Source: Octopus sinensis
Lineage: Eukaryota
Reading direction: 5' to 3'
Length of the DNA: 64,000 nucleotides
Assembly (NCBI RefSeq): GCF_006345805.1
Contig: NC_043003.1
Location: 56,234,001 to 56,298,000 of the forward strand
The stretch's first letter is position 1. Every line of letters begins with the position of its first letter. The position numbers and the translations under genes were made by a program. The notes under the pieces were generated by a model, which saw nothing but the letters and a program-made list of their open reading frames with translations, ran no database searches and was not told the DNA's origin. Shown here piece after piece: positions 1 to 14,208 of this stretch.

Positions 1-99
1 ACTTTGATGGTTGCTCCTTATTTTTTATATATTTATTTCCTTTGCACTCTTCATGTGTATTTCTGTTTGTGTGTGTATATATATGTGTATGTAAATATA

Positions 100-192
100 T
101 ACACGTACATATATATATATATGTACACATATAAACATATATATATATGCATACAAACATATATATACATATATATATATATGCATACATAC

Positions 193-231
<39 letters not shown>

Positions 232-238
232 TACATAC

Positions 239-275
<37 letters not shown>

Positions 276-324
276 TATACATATATATATGCATACATAC
301 ATATATATACATATATATACATAC

Positions 325-355
<31 letters not shown>

Positions 356-965
356 CATACATATATTAATATATATATATGCATACATACATATTACATA
401 TATATATATATATATCTATATATATGCATACATACATATACATATATATATATATATATTATATAATACATATATATACATATATATATGCATACATACA
501 TATATATACATATATATACATACATATACATATATGATATATATATATGTATACATACATATATAATATATATATATATGCATACATATATATATATACA
601 TACATATATATATATATATATATACATGCATATATATATACAATATATACATACATATATATACATATGTACACATACATATATATATACATATATGTAT
701 ACATACATATATATATACATATGTACACATACATATATATATATACATATATATATACATATATATATATGTATGTATAAATACATATATATATATACAT
801 ATATATATACATATATATGTATACATACATACATATATATACATATATATATATGTATACATACATATATGTATACAGACACATATATATACAGACACAT
901 ATATATACATACATATATATATACACATACATATATATATATATATATACATACATAAACACATA
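100..965. repeat. Compound (TA)n/(TACA)n microsatellite
   Basis: Continuous TA/TACA/CATA runs; all overlapping ORFs are Y/I/H/T low-complexity read-through. Confidence 0.97.
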
Positions 966-1665
966 TATTGTGGAACGCTTTTTATTGACAACAAAAGAAA
1001 CAGAAGCATTTGCATATATGGTACATCAGCCAGTCCTAGGAAAAATAGAATAGGTATCATTTATTAAAGAAATTATCGGTGTGAGACGAGCGGACAGTTT
1101 TGGTAAGAGCTTATCAAAAAGAAGGAAATCTATATAGAAAATATTTTGAAGGGAAGATGAAGGGTTTAGAATTATAAATAAAATGTTTGAAGACCTATAG
1201 AAAAATATCTGAATATATGAATAAGTATTTAATATTATAAAGTCATAAAATTAGCGAGATTGAATGAGAAGAAATTTTGATAGAGAAGACAGTAGTGTAA
1301 TCTAAAGAAAATAATGATAGGATAGCAGTATGAGTAAGAAAAAATATATAAGTGTAAGTGATGGGGGAGCGAAAGGTAGTGCAAGAAGATATGTCAAAGG
1401 GCAAAGAGATGAGAGGAAATATAAAAAAAAGAAGAGTCTTGGATAAAATTAAAGTGATGCGGTAAATAAAAATCTAGAATTATGACAGTTATGAATTAAA
1501 TCAATAAAATGACTAATAAAAATGTAATAACAATAATGTAAAATAAGATGAAGTATGACAATATTGCAGAAACACACAGAAAAAGAAAATGTGTTGCTAC
1601 ACAAACATAAACACACACATATACACGCATACATACACACACATACATACACACACATATATATG

Positions 1666-1701
<36 letters not shown>

Positions 1702-1754
1702 ACATATATATATGTGTGTATGTATGTATATATATATATGTATATATATATATG

Positions 1755-1814
<60 letters not shown>

Positions 1815-3010
1815 CTTACGTGCATCTAGGTTCTTACATACGCACATAGACACACACACGCACCTATATGTACATATATGTTTCTGTGTATATATATGTA
1901 TATGTATATATGTGTGTGTGCGTGTGTGTGTGTGTGGTGTGTATGTGTGTATCTATGTTTATGACAAAGTGATGTTTTTTAACTTGTCTCTATATATTAT
2001 TGTAATGTTCTTATTCTAATTCATAATCTTATTATTACTTTTTTTGGCTAATTTTACAAGTCTTTTTATTATTTTAGCTCATAGAATTTTTATTTACCAT
2101 ATTACTTCAATTCTATCCACGACTCTCTTTATCTTTTCTCTCATCTCTTTGACATTTGACATCTTTGTCTTCCTCCTCACACTACCGTTCGCAATCCTTC
2201 ACAAATATTTTATTTACTCATTCTACTTTTCAATAACCTCCCGTCTATCATATCACTTTCTTTTTCATCTATATTTTACTCATTTACTTTCCCTAATATA
2301 TATGTTTATAACTTTAAATACCTGTAGCAGGCATATTTGGAAGAGTGCTAAACAATTCATTGCCTAGGAATCGCACCCGCATTGCAATGTTCGATGGCCA
2401 CAACTTTGTTAGAGACTGTTGACGTCAACGGACAATTGACAAAATAAACCTCTGGTAGAAATCACTGATTCGACATAAACGAGATTCACTGAATTATTGA
2501 TTACGCTAGCAATGGCCACTCGAATCTCTCGTAGAACAGGATATCATTAACAATTTTATCGTTTCTTGCTTTTTTCCTTGAGAGACATATCTTATACAGA
2601 TTTGGCTTCAGAGTTAAACAGTATTGTCTATAATGCAGTCAGAAAACTCGCTTCAAGGACTTACGACTCTCAACAACGTCTGCAACACAGCCACAATAAG
2701 GAGAGTAGTGTCCACAACAGTCAGGATAAACGGATGACCATGACAGCGATCATAGTACAACTAACTGTTAAAATTATACGACGATGGCTTCTGCCAAATC
2801 CCCACCAACATCTCATACAAATTGAACAAACTACATTGATGCAAACATCTCCAATCTTTCATTGATCATAACGATAGTATATTATTTGAGATAAGGATGT
2901 GTAAATATCGTTCCAGTTAGAATTTCAAACGGGTTTCTTCTTCTTTTATCAACCTCTCAACTATACCAAATCTTTCCACTGTCAACAACAAAAATAGAAA
3001 TATATTTACG

Positions 3011-3405
3011 TTAAAACGTAATTCTATTGTTTAGAGTATTTCCGTAGGTTTTCAGAACTCTTATATTAACTGTAAGTCCTTGATGTGTTACCCAGATGGA
3101 CACCTCGCCTATCGTGTCTGTCGACAATATTTCAATTTTTCTCTCTTCAATTGAATATACTTTATAAATAATTGCCTTCTCCTGTATTCCTTTCATGATA
3201 TCTTGAGGTAAAGACAATTTTACATCACCATCTTCTCTGTGGACCATCTTCTCATAGATCCTTAACTTTTTTTAATTCACCTTGTTTTTACATCCGTAAC
3301 TCTTAAATAACTGTTCTTACTGTCCGTATTTTTAATCAATTTTTTCTATTTCTTTTACGAGTTCCTCTTCCGAGGAAGACAGCCCCGAAGAGCTGTAATC
3401 CTCGT
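3011..3405 (-). pseudogene. Decayed, probably transposon-derived coding remnant
   Basis: The 78-aa ORF extends upstream in frame through three stops (MLYEDYSSSGLSSSEEELVKEIEKID*KYGQ*EQLF...); no diagnostic motif recognised. Confidence 0.25.
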
Positions 3406-3580
3406 ATAACATCGTTAGCAACAAGCTGCTTCAAGGACACAAAAAACAGCTCACAAAGTATTCAAATGAACACTAACACAAATTTTCAAAGATAAACGAC
3501 AACTTTCAACTTGCAAATGACAAGATGGCGAATAAATCGTGCTTTACACATACTCACATATGTATATATATATATAATAT

Positions 3581-3612
<32 letters not shown>

Positions 3613-4009
3613 CATATATAAAATCATATAAGGGCAGGAATTGATATTAATTGAAACTAGTGGCTTAGCATACTTAAAATATCCGAAGATTAAAAATTGT
3701 GTTACATACAAAATTAAGAGGAATGACCACTAAAGTGGACACCTAAAATGCTAAACATAGACGTCAAATTGCTATTACTAGGAAGAGTGTTCTCAAAAAA
3801 ATCTCAGCAAACGCCAAAATGTACATTAGGTGTCCACTTTAGTTCCTCTTAATTTTGTATACATATATATATATATATATTTATATAAAGCATGGTTTAT
3901 TCGTGCTCAGAGTTGTTCGTAAACCGAGATTCTACTGTGTATGTAGAGTTATACGTTTATAGAAAATGGGAAAGGATACAACATCTAGAAGTTGATATTT
4001 AATATTAGA

Positions 4010-4230
4010 CTACCTAGCTGATATATCACTTTGAAATTTTGGCGCAATTATAGCAAGTTCGGTGAAGGGGACAGTCGATTGCGACTCCAATGGTACGATA
4101 GCACTTATTTATCGACTCCAAAAGGATGAGAAAAATGCTGACTTCGGCGGAATTTCAACTCAGAACTTAGCGATTCGAAAGAAATAGCGTAAGGTATTAT
4201 GTGAGTCGCTCTAACGATTCGGTCATTTCG
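4010..4230 (-). mobile_element. Degenerate tRNA-derived SINE (family of 25258)
   Basis: Reverse-complement similarity to the gagttcaaattccgccgaggtcgactttgcctttcatcc core. Confidence 0.6.
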
Positions 4231-4628
4231 TTTCCCAATTTAAATAAAAATATTAATGATAAATGTTTCTGACTGCTAACTGCCAGAGCCTGTTAGACGT
4301 TGTTAAATATTCCAGTTATGTAACGCCTTTAATGCACATATATTTGATATATACAAGCCAATTGTCAAAAGCAAAGAAAAAAAAAAGTCGTCAAACTTAT
4401 AGAAAACTACTTCCCAACACCAAAATTCATGTAGATATGTGCGTAGTTACATTTTTGAACCTGCTGAAAATCAGCTTAATCTAGTTGATACAGCCACAAT
4501 ATTTTAATGTTCATATATAGTGAAATTTGTGTGGATATGTGAGTGTGCACGAATGTGTAGCGCCTGTGCATGTATGTATACTTAGTAGGCTTTATCCCTT
4601 TCTCTTCCTCTCTCTCTCTCTCTCTCTT

Positions 4629-4666
<38 letters not shown>

Positions 4667-5743
4667 TATAAGTATATATGTGTGTAAGTGTGTGAGTGTG
4701 TGTGTGTGTGGCGGTGTTTATTACGTTTATAGCATCTTCTTTTGTTTGACCACACACTTTTAAGTATACATACATACATATATTTATATATATATATATG
4801 TGTGTGTTGTGTGTGTGTGGGCATGTGTATGTATACACACATAAAAACAAACATTCATCGAGACATACACAAGCAAATGCTCAAAGTCACACACAAAATC
4901 ACTCACACACACTTTCACACAGTCTATTTGTCTGTTCGTCTGTCTGTGTGTATGTATGTATGTATGTAAGTACATACTTGGATGTCGTGACTTTCTCTTT
5001 CACCGATTCTCATGGGTTCTCCTATGAAGAAAATAGTCTATTATATTCATTCTTCAAGGCACAAGTAACTGTATATAATTGTTTGTGCTGACCTTTCGAA
5101 TTGTCAAACGGGATCGGAGATGCGAATGCCTGTATGGTGACCGCTGAAGAACTGAAAATTCCAATATGCTTAACTACTCATAATCTTTCCGAAAGAATTA
5201 TTGTGATTTTATATATTCTTTTTCCCTCCAGTGCCTTTGTTGTTGCTACAAATGAATTCACTAAATCAGCTTATTGCCAAAGCAAGGGTCGAAGTTCTAA
5301 ACATCACTGCAAAACTTTCGCTCGTCTAATTTTCTCTATACTGCTGAATAAGATTTGAACAACATTCGGAACATACACACGCATAGACGTACGTCCCGCC
5401 CCAACAACACCCACACACGCTTATATAAACGTTTACTAACACATACTTCATACGTATAAACATATATGTCCACACATGCATACAGACGTATACATAAGCA
5501 GGCATACATATATACGTGCATTCATGGATTCATACATAATGTATGAATTTCACTTCTCAAATATACAGTTCCGGGTTCAATCTCACTGTGTGAATCATTG
5601 GTCAAGTGCCTTCTAGAGCCCCGGCTGACCAAAGCCTTGTGACTAGATTTCGTAGACAAGTTAGCTTCGTCTTACGAGCCTGCGAAGCTTTGTTTCACGA
5701 AGCCAAATGAAACTGTTACTAAAAATCATATATACGTGTGTGC

Positions 5744-5844
<101 letters not shown>

Positions 5845-5994
5845 TGTACGTGTGTGTGTGTGTGTGCGAGCGCTTGCGTGTGCGTGCATAAATGTGTATA
5901 TGTGTGTCTGCGCATGCGGTTTTGTGTGTGCACAAGTATATATTAGTGAATGATTATACACACTCGCGTATGGAAGCGTACATCCATTGGCACT

Positions 5995-6030
<36 letters not shown>

Positions 6031-6033
<3 letters not shown>

Positions 6034-6226
6034 AGAGTTTACGAAAAAACAAAAGACGAAGACAGGTGGTGTACAAAACAAACAGTTGTATTAGTATAAC
6101 GCTCAGGAATAGAAAAAAATCCTTTACGTTTCGAGCCTGCGCTCTTCTACAGACAGGGATACAGAAAACAAGAAGAGAAACAAGGAGAGAAAAATGTGTG
6201 TAGTGGCTAACGATCTATCATGGCGT
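6031..6226 (-). mobile_element. ~190-bp non-autonomous repeat with variant hammerhead-like motif, abutting (TA)n
   Basis: Close copy at 51617-51800 and partial copy at 43139-43243, each starting directly after a TA run; minus strand reads ctgtagaa-gagc-gcag-gctc-gaaa-cg-ta. Confidence 0.75.
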
Positions 6227-6339
6227 CTTGCGCAGAAAACAAAAGACAGAGACAGACACTTAGGCAAAATGGAAATGTTTTTGACGTTTCTGGCCTACGC
6301 TCTTCGTCAGAAAGTGATGAAAAGAAGGCAAAGTATAGC

Positions 6340-6452
<113 letters not shown>

Positions 6453-8516
6453 AAACAAAAAGAGAAAAAACGTGTTTGGGATTAACGGATACAAATGTTG
6501 AGATGACTGGAAGAAAGAGGCCGATGGAAGGGGAGACAACAGTGATCCAGCTACACTAGGGTGCACAAGCGCGTGTGTATGTATTTGTGGATGGTGTTTG
6601 TGACTGTATATATGTGAGCTTGTGAGCTTGTGTGCACGTATCGAAACGCGCACGCGTGTATGTGTATGTCTATAAGTAAACAGCTACGTGCACTATGTGA
6701 AATGATATGTCTTTCGTGTATTCGTTTGCAGGTGTGAGAGGCTGTGAATTGTATATGATTGCGAGGTTCTGTATTGTATGTGTGTGGGCTCCCGGAAGTG
6801 TGGGTGTGTTTAAATGCGTGTGTGTAGCAGCTAATGTGCGCATATACTTGTACCGTGAATACGAGCGTGTGTGTATTTGTTCATCTAGATACATATATGC
6901 ATATCTATGCGCTCGGGTCTGTGCGTGTGCGCTTCTCTCCCACTACCACTTGACAACATGTTTTGCTGTGCTTACGGCCGCATAACTTAGAAGTTCGTCA
7001 AAATTGACCGATAGACTAGATAGCAGGTTTTCAAAAATTACGTACCGTTGTCCATTCGTTCGGCTAAAATACGGTAAGGCAGTGCCACAGCTTGGGTGTA
7101 GTTAAATATCTAAAACAAGTGAAAGAATAAAAGAATCCATCCATGCCATCGAACATGCATACGTCTATGTTTATATATTTTATGTATACATGTATGTATA
7201 TATGTATGTATGTATGTATGTATCTATCTATCTATCAATCTACTTAATGTATGTATCTATCTGCCTGTCTCTCCCCTTTCTTATATATATATATATATAT
7301 ATATAAATATATATACATACACACATGTATGTATGTATGTATGTTTGTACGCATGTAGATGCACATATGCGTGTGTGAGTGTGTGAGTATGTTTTTGTGT
7401 GTGTATGTGTGTAGTGTACGAGCGTGGTGTGTATGTATTGTTCGCGAGACGAAGTGGGTAGTGGGGAGATTCTCGAGCATATGAGTGTTGGTTCGATTGC
7501 CGGATTGGGCGGTGCTTCATCCTCCTGGTTAAAGAATTCATTTCATGTTTCCCAATCATATTAAGCTGTTCGTTGGTACTAGCTTTGCACTGATGCAACT
7601 CACCCTCACTCTCTCACTCCTTGTGCTACACTCTCTCTTTCTCGTTCTTTTTCTGGCTTTCCATATCTCCATGTTCCACCGAGTCAAGTTCGAGACTTTC
7701 AAGATGGTGTGTGTTGTCTTGCAATTACGTAGTCATAAAAGATACAATCAGGAGAAACACTGCACAAGCAAACATACCATACACGCTTGCTGATGCAAGC
7801 TAGCTGTATGTGTGTGCATTAGTGTGCACAAATGTTGTGTATGTGTGTGCATGTGTTTGCATGTATGTGTGTGTAGGTGTGTGTGAACACGTTCACTTAA
7901 ACATAATACGTACATTATATGTACATATATAGTGACATACAAACACATTTATACACATACATATTTGAATATGTGTGCAAGTATGTACCCTTATATGAGT
8001 GCGTGTTTATATATTTGTATGTACATGATTGAAGATGGAAACCAGCTTCTGTCTTCCGATAAGCTATTATCGTGGGAATCTATAGTAAACAATATCACAT
8101 ACATCATTATCGACAGTGATATATCCACATGCTTCATTAGCATAAGGGAGAAAATATGATGATAAAGGCCATGTACATGATGTAGCAAATAACTCACCGC
8201 TAAAATTGTAAGAACCCTGCAGGATCTTTATTATGTAAACCATATGTGTGTTAGTAATAAAATAATTGACATTAGTTCAAGTGTGGGTATCTGAACATGG
8301 AACAATCACTTGGAGAATCCTTCAGTGAAGAACTACAGCAAAAGCAGAGCTAAATAAATGATAATGACACTTAATACATCGATATAGCGTGTAGTCTGAA
8401 GATGGCCGACAATGTAATGCAGCACTTGATTTTTATAATCAACTTCTAAACTTCCTGGCGAAAATTTAGTCACATACTAACATAACCATTTTCCATAAAA
8501 TTATTGATGTATCGCC

Positions 8517-8576
<60 letters not shown>

Positions 8577-8579
<3 letters not shown>

Positions 8580-9128
8580 GTTCTGATGCGATATCAGGCA
8601 GTGGCTCTCATGTCTTCTGATCTTAACTGACTGGAAGCGTTATCATGTACATTGTTTTGTCTTGGTATAAAAGATAGGCTACAACAAATATTCTGATCAA
8701 TACCACAGATTTACTTCTCAATTGTTTGACCTTAAGCAGTTGACCATGTCCCTTAGTGGCTGACGATATGTGCATCTCTGATCACGAGCAGAAGTAGTGG
8801 GGGAGCATCACAGTCGTGTGTGCAAAGGAATTCTTGGAGGTTTGGATAATTCAACTTTGGAAAAATTGTTAGTTCATTCAATATCCTTAAACAATCCTTA
8901 TTCGGGGAATTTTGAGAGGAATGGGCTACTCGACCAGAAGTAAATTCTAACTGGGCCCCACCTGGTCATGCGCTGTTTATCTTGTTATGAGCTCACCATG
9001 TCAGTCACATATGGTTGTCATGCATGTGTCTGGTGTACACTTATCAGACGGGTAGTCATGATGGGTATATTGGCTTCGTATATTTTACCCTAGTGTCACT
9101 TTGATGGCATACACTGCTCTCTCACTCA
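8577..9128 (+). mobile_element. ~550-bp non-coding interspersed repeat flanked by (TAA)n
   Basis: Three copies (8577, 9469, 20102), each bounded on both sides by TAA runs; orientation inferred from the tail. Confidence 0.8.
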
Positions 9129-9154
9129 GTAATATTAATAATAATCATAATAAT

Positions 9155-9408
9155 GATTGGTCGATGTAAAAGGCAGCAGTAGTACAAATAATAATTGTGA
9201 GCCCTGGGAACAGTGAAAAGAATCTTGAGAAGTACACGGAACAGATAGGGGCTGCAATAAGTGTAGAGCACTTGCAGTAAACAGCACTGCTTGGAACCGC
9301 TCGAATACTCCGGAAGGTGCTCAAAAAATAAGAGGTGATACCTTAGTTCACTGGTAGTGAACAGCTGGCAGTGTAGTACATCTCTAGCGTTAGAAGCTGT
9401 GAAAATGC
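9155..9408 (+). mobile_element. 3' end of R4/Dong-like non-LTR retrotransposon
   Basis: Translates as VQIIIV..LGTV..NLEKYTEQIGAAISVEHLQ*TALLGTARILRKVL (REL-clade C-terminus) followed by (AAT)n; 3' end matches ~21990-22070. Confidence 0.8.
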
Positions 9409-9468
9409 AATAATAATAATAATAAATAATAATAATAATAATAATAATAAAATAATAATAATAATAAT

Positions 9469-10301
9469 AATGTTCTGATGCGATATCAGGCAGTGGCTCT
9501 CATGTCTTCTGATCTTAACTGACTGGAAGCGTTATCATGTACATTGTTTTGTCTTGGTATAAAAGATAGGCTACAACAATATTCTGATCAATACCACAGA
9601 TTTACTTCTCAATTGTTTGACCTTAAGCAGTTGACCATGTCCCTTAGTGGCTGACGATATGTGCATCTCTGATCACGAGCAGAAGTAGTGGGGGAGCATC
9701 ACAGTCGTGTGTGCAAAGGAATTCTTGGAGGTTTGGATAATTCAACTTTGGAAAAATTGTTAGTTCATTCAATATCCTTAAACAATCCTTATTCGGGGAA
9801 ATTTTGAGAGGAATGGGCTACTCGACCAGAAGTAAATTCTAACTGGGCCCCACCTGGTCATGCGCTGTTTATCTTGTTATGAGCTCACCATGTCAGTCAC
9901 ATATGGTTGTCATGCATGTGTCTGGTGTACACTTATCAGACGGGTAGTCATGATGGGTATATTGGGCTTCGTATATTTTACCCTAGTGTCACTTTGATGG
10001 CATACACTGCTCTCTCACTCAGTAATATTAATAATAATCATAATAATGATTGGTCGATGTAAAAGGCAGCAGTAGTACAAATAATAATTGTGAGCCCTGG
10101 GAACAGTGAAAAGAATCTTGAGAAGTACACGGAACAGATAGGGGCTGCAATAAGTGTAGAGCACTTGCAGTAAACAGCACTGCTTGGAACCGCTCGAATA
10201 CTCCGGAAGGTGCTCAAAAAATAAGAGGTGATACCTTAGTTCACTGGTAGTGAACAGCTGGCAGTGTAGTACATCTCTAGCGTTAGAAGCTGTGAAAATG
10301 C
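9469..10301 (+). repeat. Second copy of an ~892-bp tandem duplication (550-bp element plus R4-like 3' end)
   Basis: Near-identical to 8577-9408; differences seen are single-base homopolymer indels. Confidence 0.9.
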
Positions 10302-10359
<58 letters not shown>

Positions 10360-10984
10360 TTAATAATAATAATAATAATAATAATAGCAATAAACTATCA
10401 GAAAGCTATCGTGTCTTGATAGTTCATAAAATATAATAAAGATAGCAATTATTTACATTTTTGTAGTGTAATTCGCAGTATTTCATAAAAGAATACAACG
10501 TAATGTAACACACACGCGCTCATAAATAACACATACATAAAAGCAAAAGAAAGAAAAACATACGTTCTTACACATTCTGTTACACACATACATATATGCA
10601 CACTCACAAATTGTCACACACACACACATGCACCCACACACACAGACATACATACAATACGTTTGAAAATGTATAATAAATGCACAAACGAAAAACAGTC
10701 AGAATGGTAAGTTAAAAATATATATATTGAATGCCCAGACGAACGGAAAACACACACAGAACTCCCCAAATCCTCATCAGTTATGGATCAGAGTGTCTGA
10801 CGCAATTTTGTGCCTTTAACGAAAATATCGCTTCCCAGCTGGAGGCATCTGCAAGACTATGTTTTTTAACTTGCTTCTGTGTTTGTTTTTCGCTTGTGCA
10901 TTTATTACAAATCTTAAACTTATCATTTAACGGAACGCAACCAAGTCCTATCCAGAGTAAATTATATATATATATATATATATA

Positions 10985-11047
<63 letters not shown>

Positions 11048-11735
11048 TGTAATACATGTAGAAAACATGTAGAATACATGAAGTATGATACAATGATTCA
11101 GAGAACACATGAAGCTGTGCTGTTACAGTAAACTCGTTGTAAAGGCTTCGCTGTCACTTCACAAGTCGCTGTCGGTTGCGTGAGGAGTATGCAAAAAAGA
11201 TAATGTCAGGAGGCACGAGAAGTGATTATAGATTTATTTAACGAAGTGCTTTTTTTTCTTAGGATTACGGCCTTTCCACAAACTTTTTCCTGTAGCAAGA
11301 CGTTATGCGTACAGTTTCCCATCAATATGTGTGCTCGGTGTTATACAGTTCAATTGTATATTTACAAATTAATGCAAAAAAAAGAGAAGATAACACATCA
11401 CATCACCAGGACATCGTTGGTACATCAGCAGTTCAACATGTATACTTAGATACATACATACACAAATGCATACACACTCTCTTTCCCCCCACACACCCAC
11501 ATGTACTTACGCACACATATTATGTCTGTATCTATATGTCATTATACAGTTTTCTTTCAAGATTTCTTGCCAATAGAGAAAGAATCGGTTTCCAAACTAG
11601 ATCCAGTGCTTCTCCATGTATACGTGGAGTTTTGTATGTTTTATATTGTATATTTATTTTCATGCATATAGTTGCAGATCTAGACATGCTCATAGAGATT
11701 TAAAAGATAATCTGAAACGTTTTGCTGATTTTTAC

Positions 11736-11871
11736 AGTTCCATTGAGAGATTGCATCTGTAGTCTTCGAATTAGCTTTCTCCTTTCTGGTTTTAAGAAGT
11801 GTAATTTCTCAAAATCGGAATTTAGGCAGTGTGTTGCATATCCGAAGGCCCCAATAATTACAGTTATGAAC
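11736..11871 (-). CDS. Candidate internal exon of an unidentified, possibly membrane, protein
   Basis: ttcag|G acceptor, open frame FITVIIGAFGYATHCLNSDFEKLHFLKPERRKLIRRLQMQSLNGT, |gtaaaa donor; phase-compatible with 13306-13482. The antisense register is also open. Confidence 0.3.
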
Positions 11872-13305
11872 CTGAACGTATAATTTGGATAGAGTAACTG
11901 CAGTGTCGGTACCCAAGTGTATGTAAGTATGTATGTAACTGCAGTGTCGGTATTCCAGTGTATGTATGTATGTATGTATGTATGTATGTATGTATGTATG
12001 TATGTAGGTAGGTAGGTAGGTAGGTAGGTATGCATGTAACTTCAGTGTCGGTGTTCCAGAGTATGTATATATCCATGTATGTATATGATACTGATTTCTA
12101 ACATAAACAGAAGCATAAATATAATTAAGATGGGTATAATATATTACATTTACCCCACCAGTAATTTATTTATCGCTACATTGTATTATTAACTCTTGTG
12201 GGACAAAAATCAAAATTGTCCTGCGCAATTTTCAAATTCAGAAATGAACGTAACGTCCCTAAATACTGCAAGGCCTTTTTCTCGGAAGCGTTTTAGGTTT
12301 AGGCAATCTATACTCCTTGGAGCAATATCATGGATGCTAGCATGTACACTACACCTCACATTTGAGTGGAGTACTCTACCGCTTAATGAATTCCATATAT
12401 ATTTTATTAACACGCTTTTCATTGTCCCTTTCAAAAACAATGAGAATTTGCTGCCGCAAGCGATTTAAACAGCAGCGAACCTATTTTCTTTAGTTCACAC
12501 ACCGACCTTATATTTTATATTATATTGGATTTGTTTCCATATGTATTATTTACATTCGTTTTAGTTTTGTAATCGCTGAGTCAGGGGAGAGAACTAATTC
12601 TACAGGCTCTGCTATTATTAGTGACTGTAAAGACATCCATGATCGTGTCGTAGTATTGGAAGTCAACTCCTGCAAGAAGGACATGGACAGAGAGAAAATT
12701 CCATTGAGAATATGCTGATTGGTGGAAATAGTACTGAGAGGAGAAGGTCGAAAACTTGCTGGTTATGAGAAAGAGCGACCGTTACAACTGTTTCAACGCA
12801 AAATGAAAGGATCAACTATATGTTGTACTTTTGTTGATATGCTTTGCAAACACTTCATTGTAATTGAAATATAAAGCTTTTTATTCACTTTTGCAATTGT
12901 TCACTTATCTCATTAGAATGTAGATCACGTGAGCTGGAAATATTTCCTGCAAATAACCAACGTCTTCGACACGCGGTAATATATCATTTATTCAGATCCT
13001 GTTATTGTGACATAGAAGTTCAGAATCAGCTGTCGTTGTTTGGTCCATAAATTTGAAATAATATTTATATGAGGAAAAGACAACTTTCGGTCATTGATTT
13101 ACCTAGTTAAAAAATCATTTCGAAAAATACAGGTAACAGCTTCGAAAATTTGCTTTACAAAATAATGAAGCATGGAAGCATCTGTGTTTTAGTTTGAAAA
13201 TGTTATACAAAATATATGTATGAATGTGTTAGCGCAAACGGAGAAATAGTTAAATTTACCATGTTTATATTGCTGCTACATAGATTTACGTATGCTACAC
13301 CGTAC

Positions 13306-13482
13306 CTTGATAATATGTAACATGAGATACCCTCTGACAGTCCGCTGATATCAAATAAAGTGTTAAACACGTATGGTATGCATATTAGAAGATCCAGGTC
13401 TCTGTAACTGTTATATTTGTTGCGCATATAAACAGATTGATTACTTGTATCTCTGGGATTGGTCACATTAATGCAGACAGCT
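13306..13482 (-). CDS. Candidate internal exon (177 bp, phase 2-2)
   Basis: Lies in a 117-aa non-repetitive ORF; cattag| acceptor and AAG|gtacgg donor; AVCINVTNPRD...GISCYILSR joins the 11871 exon in frame. Confidence 0.35.
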
Positions 13483-13639
13483 CTAATGAACACCAAATAT
13501 GTTTCTAAAATCGATTTAAGCTGTTCATCATTTTTTTTCAATCTACGAAGAAACATATAAATTTGCCATGTTTTTACTGCGTAGAATTTACACTAAGTAG
13601 GTTGACACATATAAATACACATATACCAACATACAAATA

Positions 13640-13677
<38 letters not shown>

Positions 13678-14021
13678 AATTTACCCACTTATGTAGTTAC
13701 ATAAATGCTTAGTATAAGATATGGATTCACCTCTCATACCTCATGACTTTATGGTTTTATATATGTATGTATGTGTGTCTGTATGTATGTGTGTATGTGT
13801 GTGTGTATGTGTGTATGTAAATCCTGTGTACGTGAGTACAAAGGACATACATAGATGCATACATACATAACAACGCACGCGCACACAGAAGACATTCTAC
13901 AAAAACCGTTATTCTATTTCAAAGAATGGCACATGTTATATACAGTTCTATCCTCTGCTTTCCTAACTCGATTCTCTATCCTGTCTCTTTCTTCCAGTTT
14001 CTATCTATCTATCTATCTAAG

Positions 14022-14076
<55 letters not shown>

Positions 14077-14139
14077 ATCTGTCTGTCTGTCTGTCTATCT
14101 AGCTATCTATCAATCACTTTATCTACACACACGCGCGCA

Positions 14140-14208
<69 letters not shown>

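Noticed and set aside
4-1060. Long Y/I/H/T/C/V-rich ORFs here and at 30301-31211, 37769-38173, 62726-63298
   Set aside because: Read-through of TA/CA/TG microsatellites; no coding signal.
8577-8650. Possible HDV-like ribozyme at the 5' end of the 550-bp element
   Set aside because: Could not build the nested double pseudoknot by eye.
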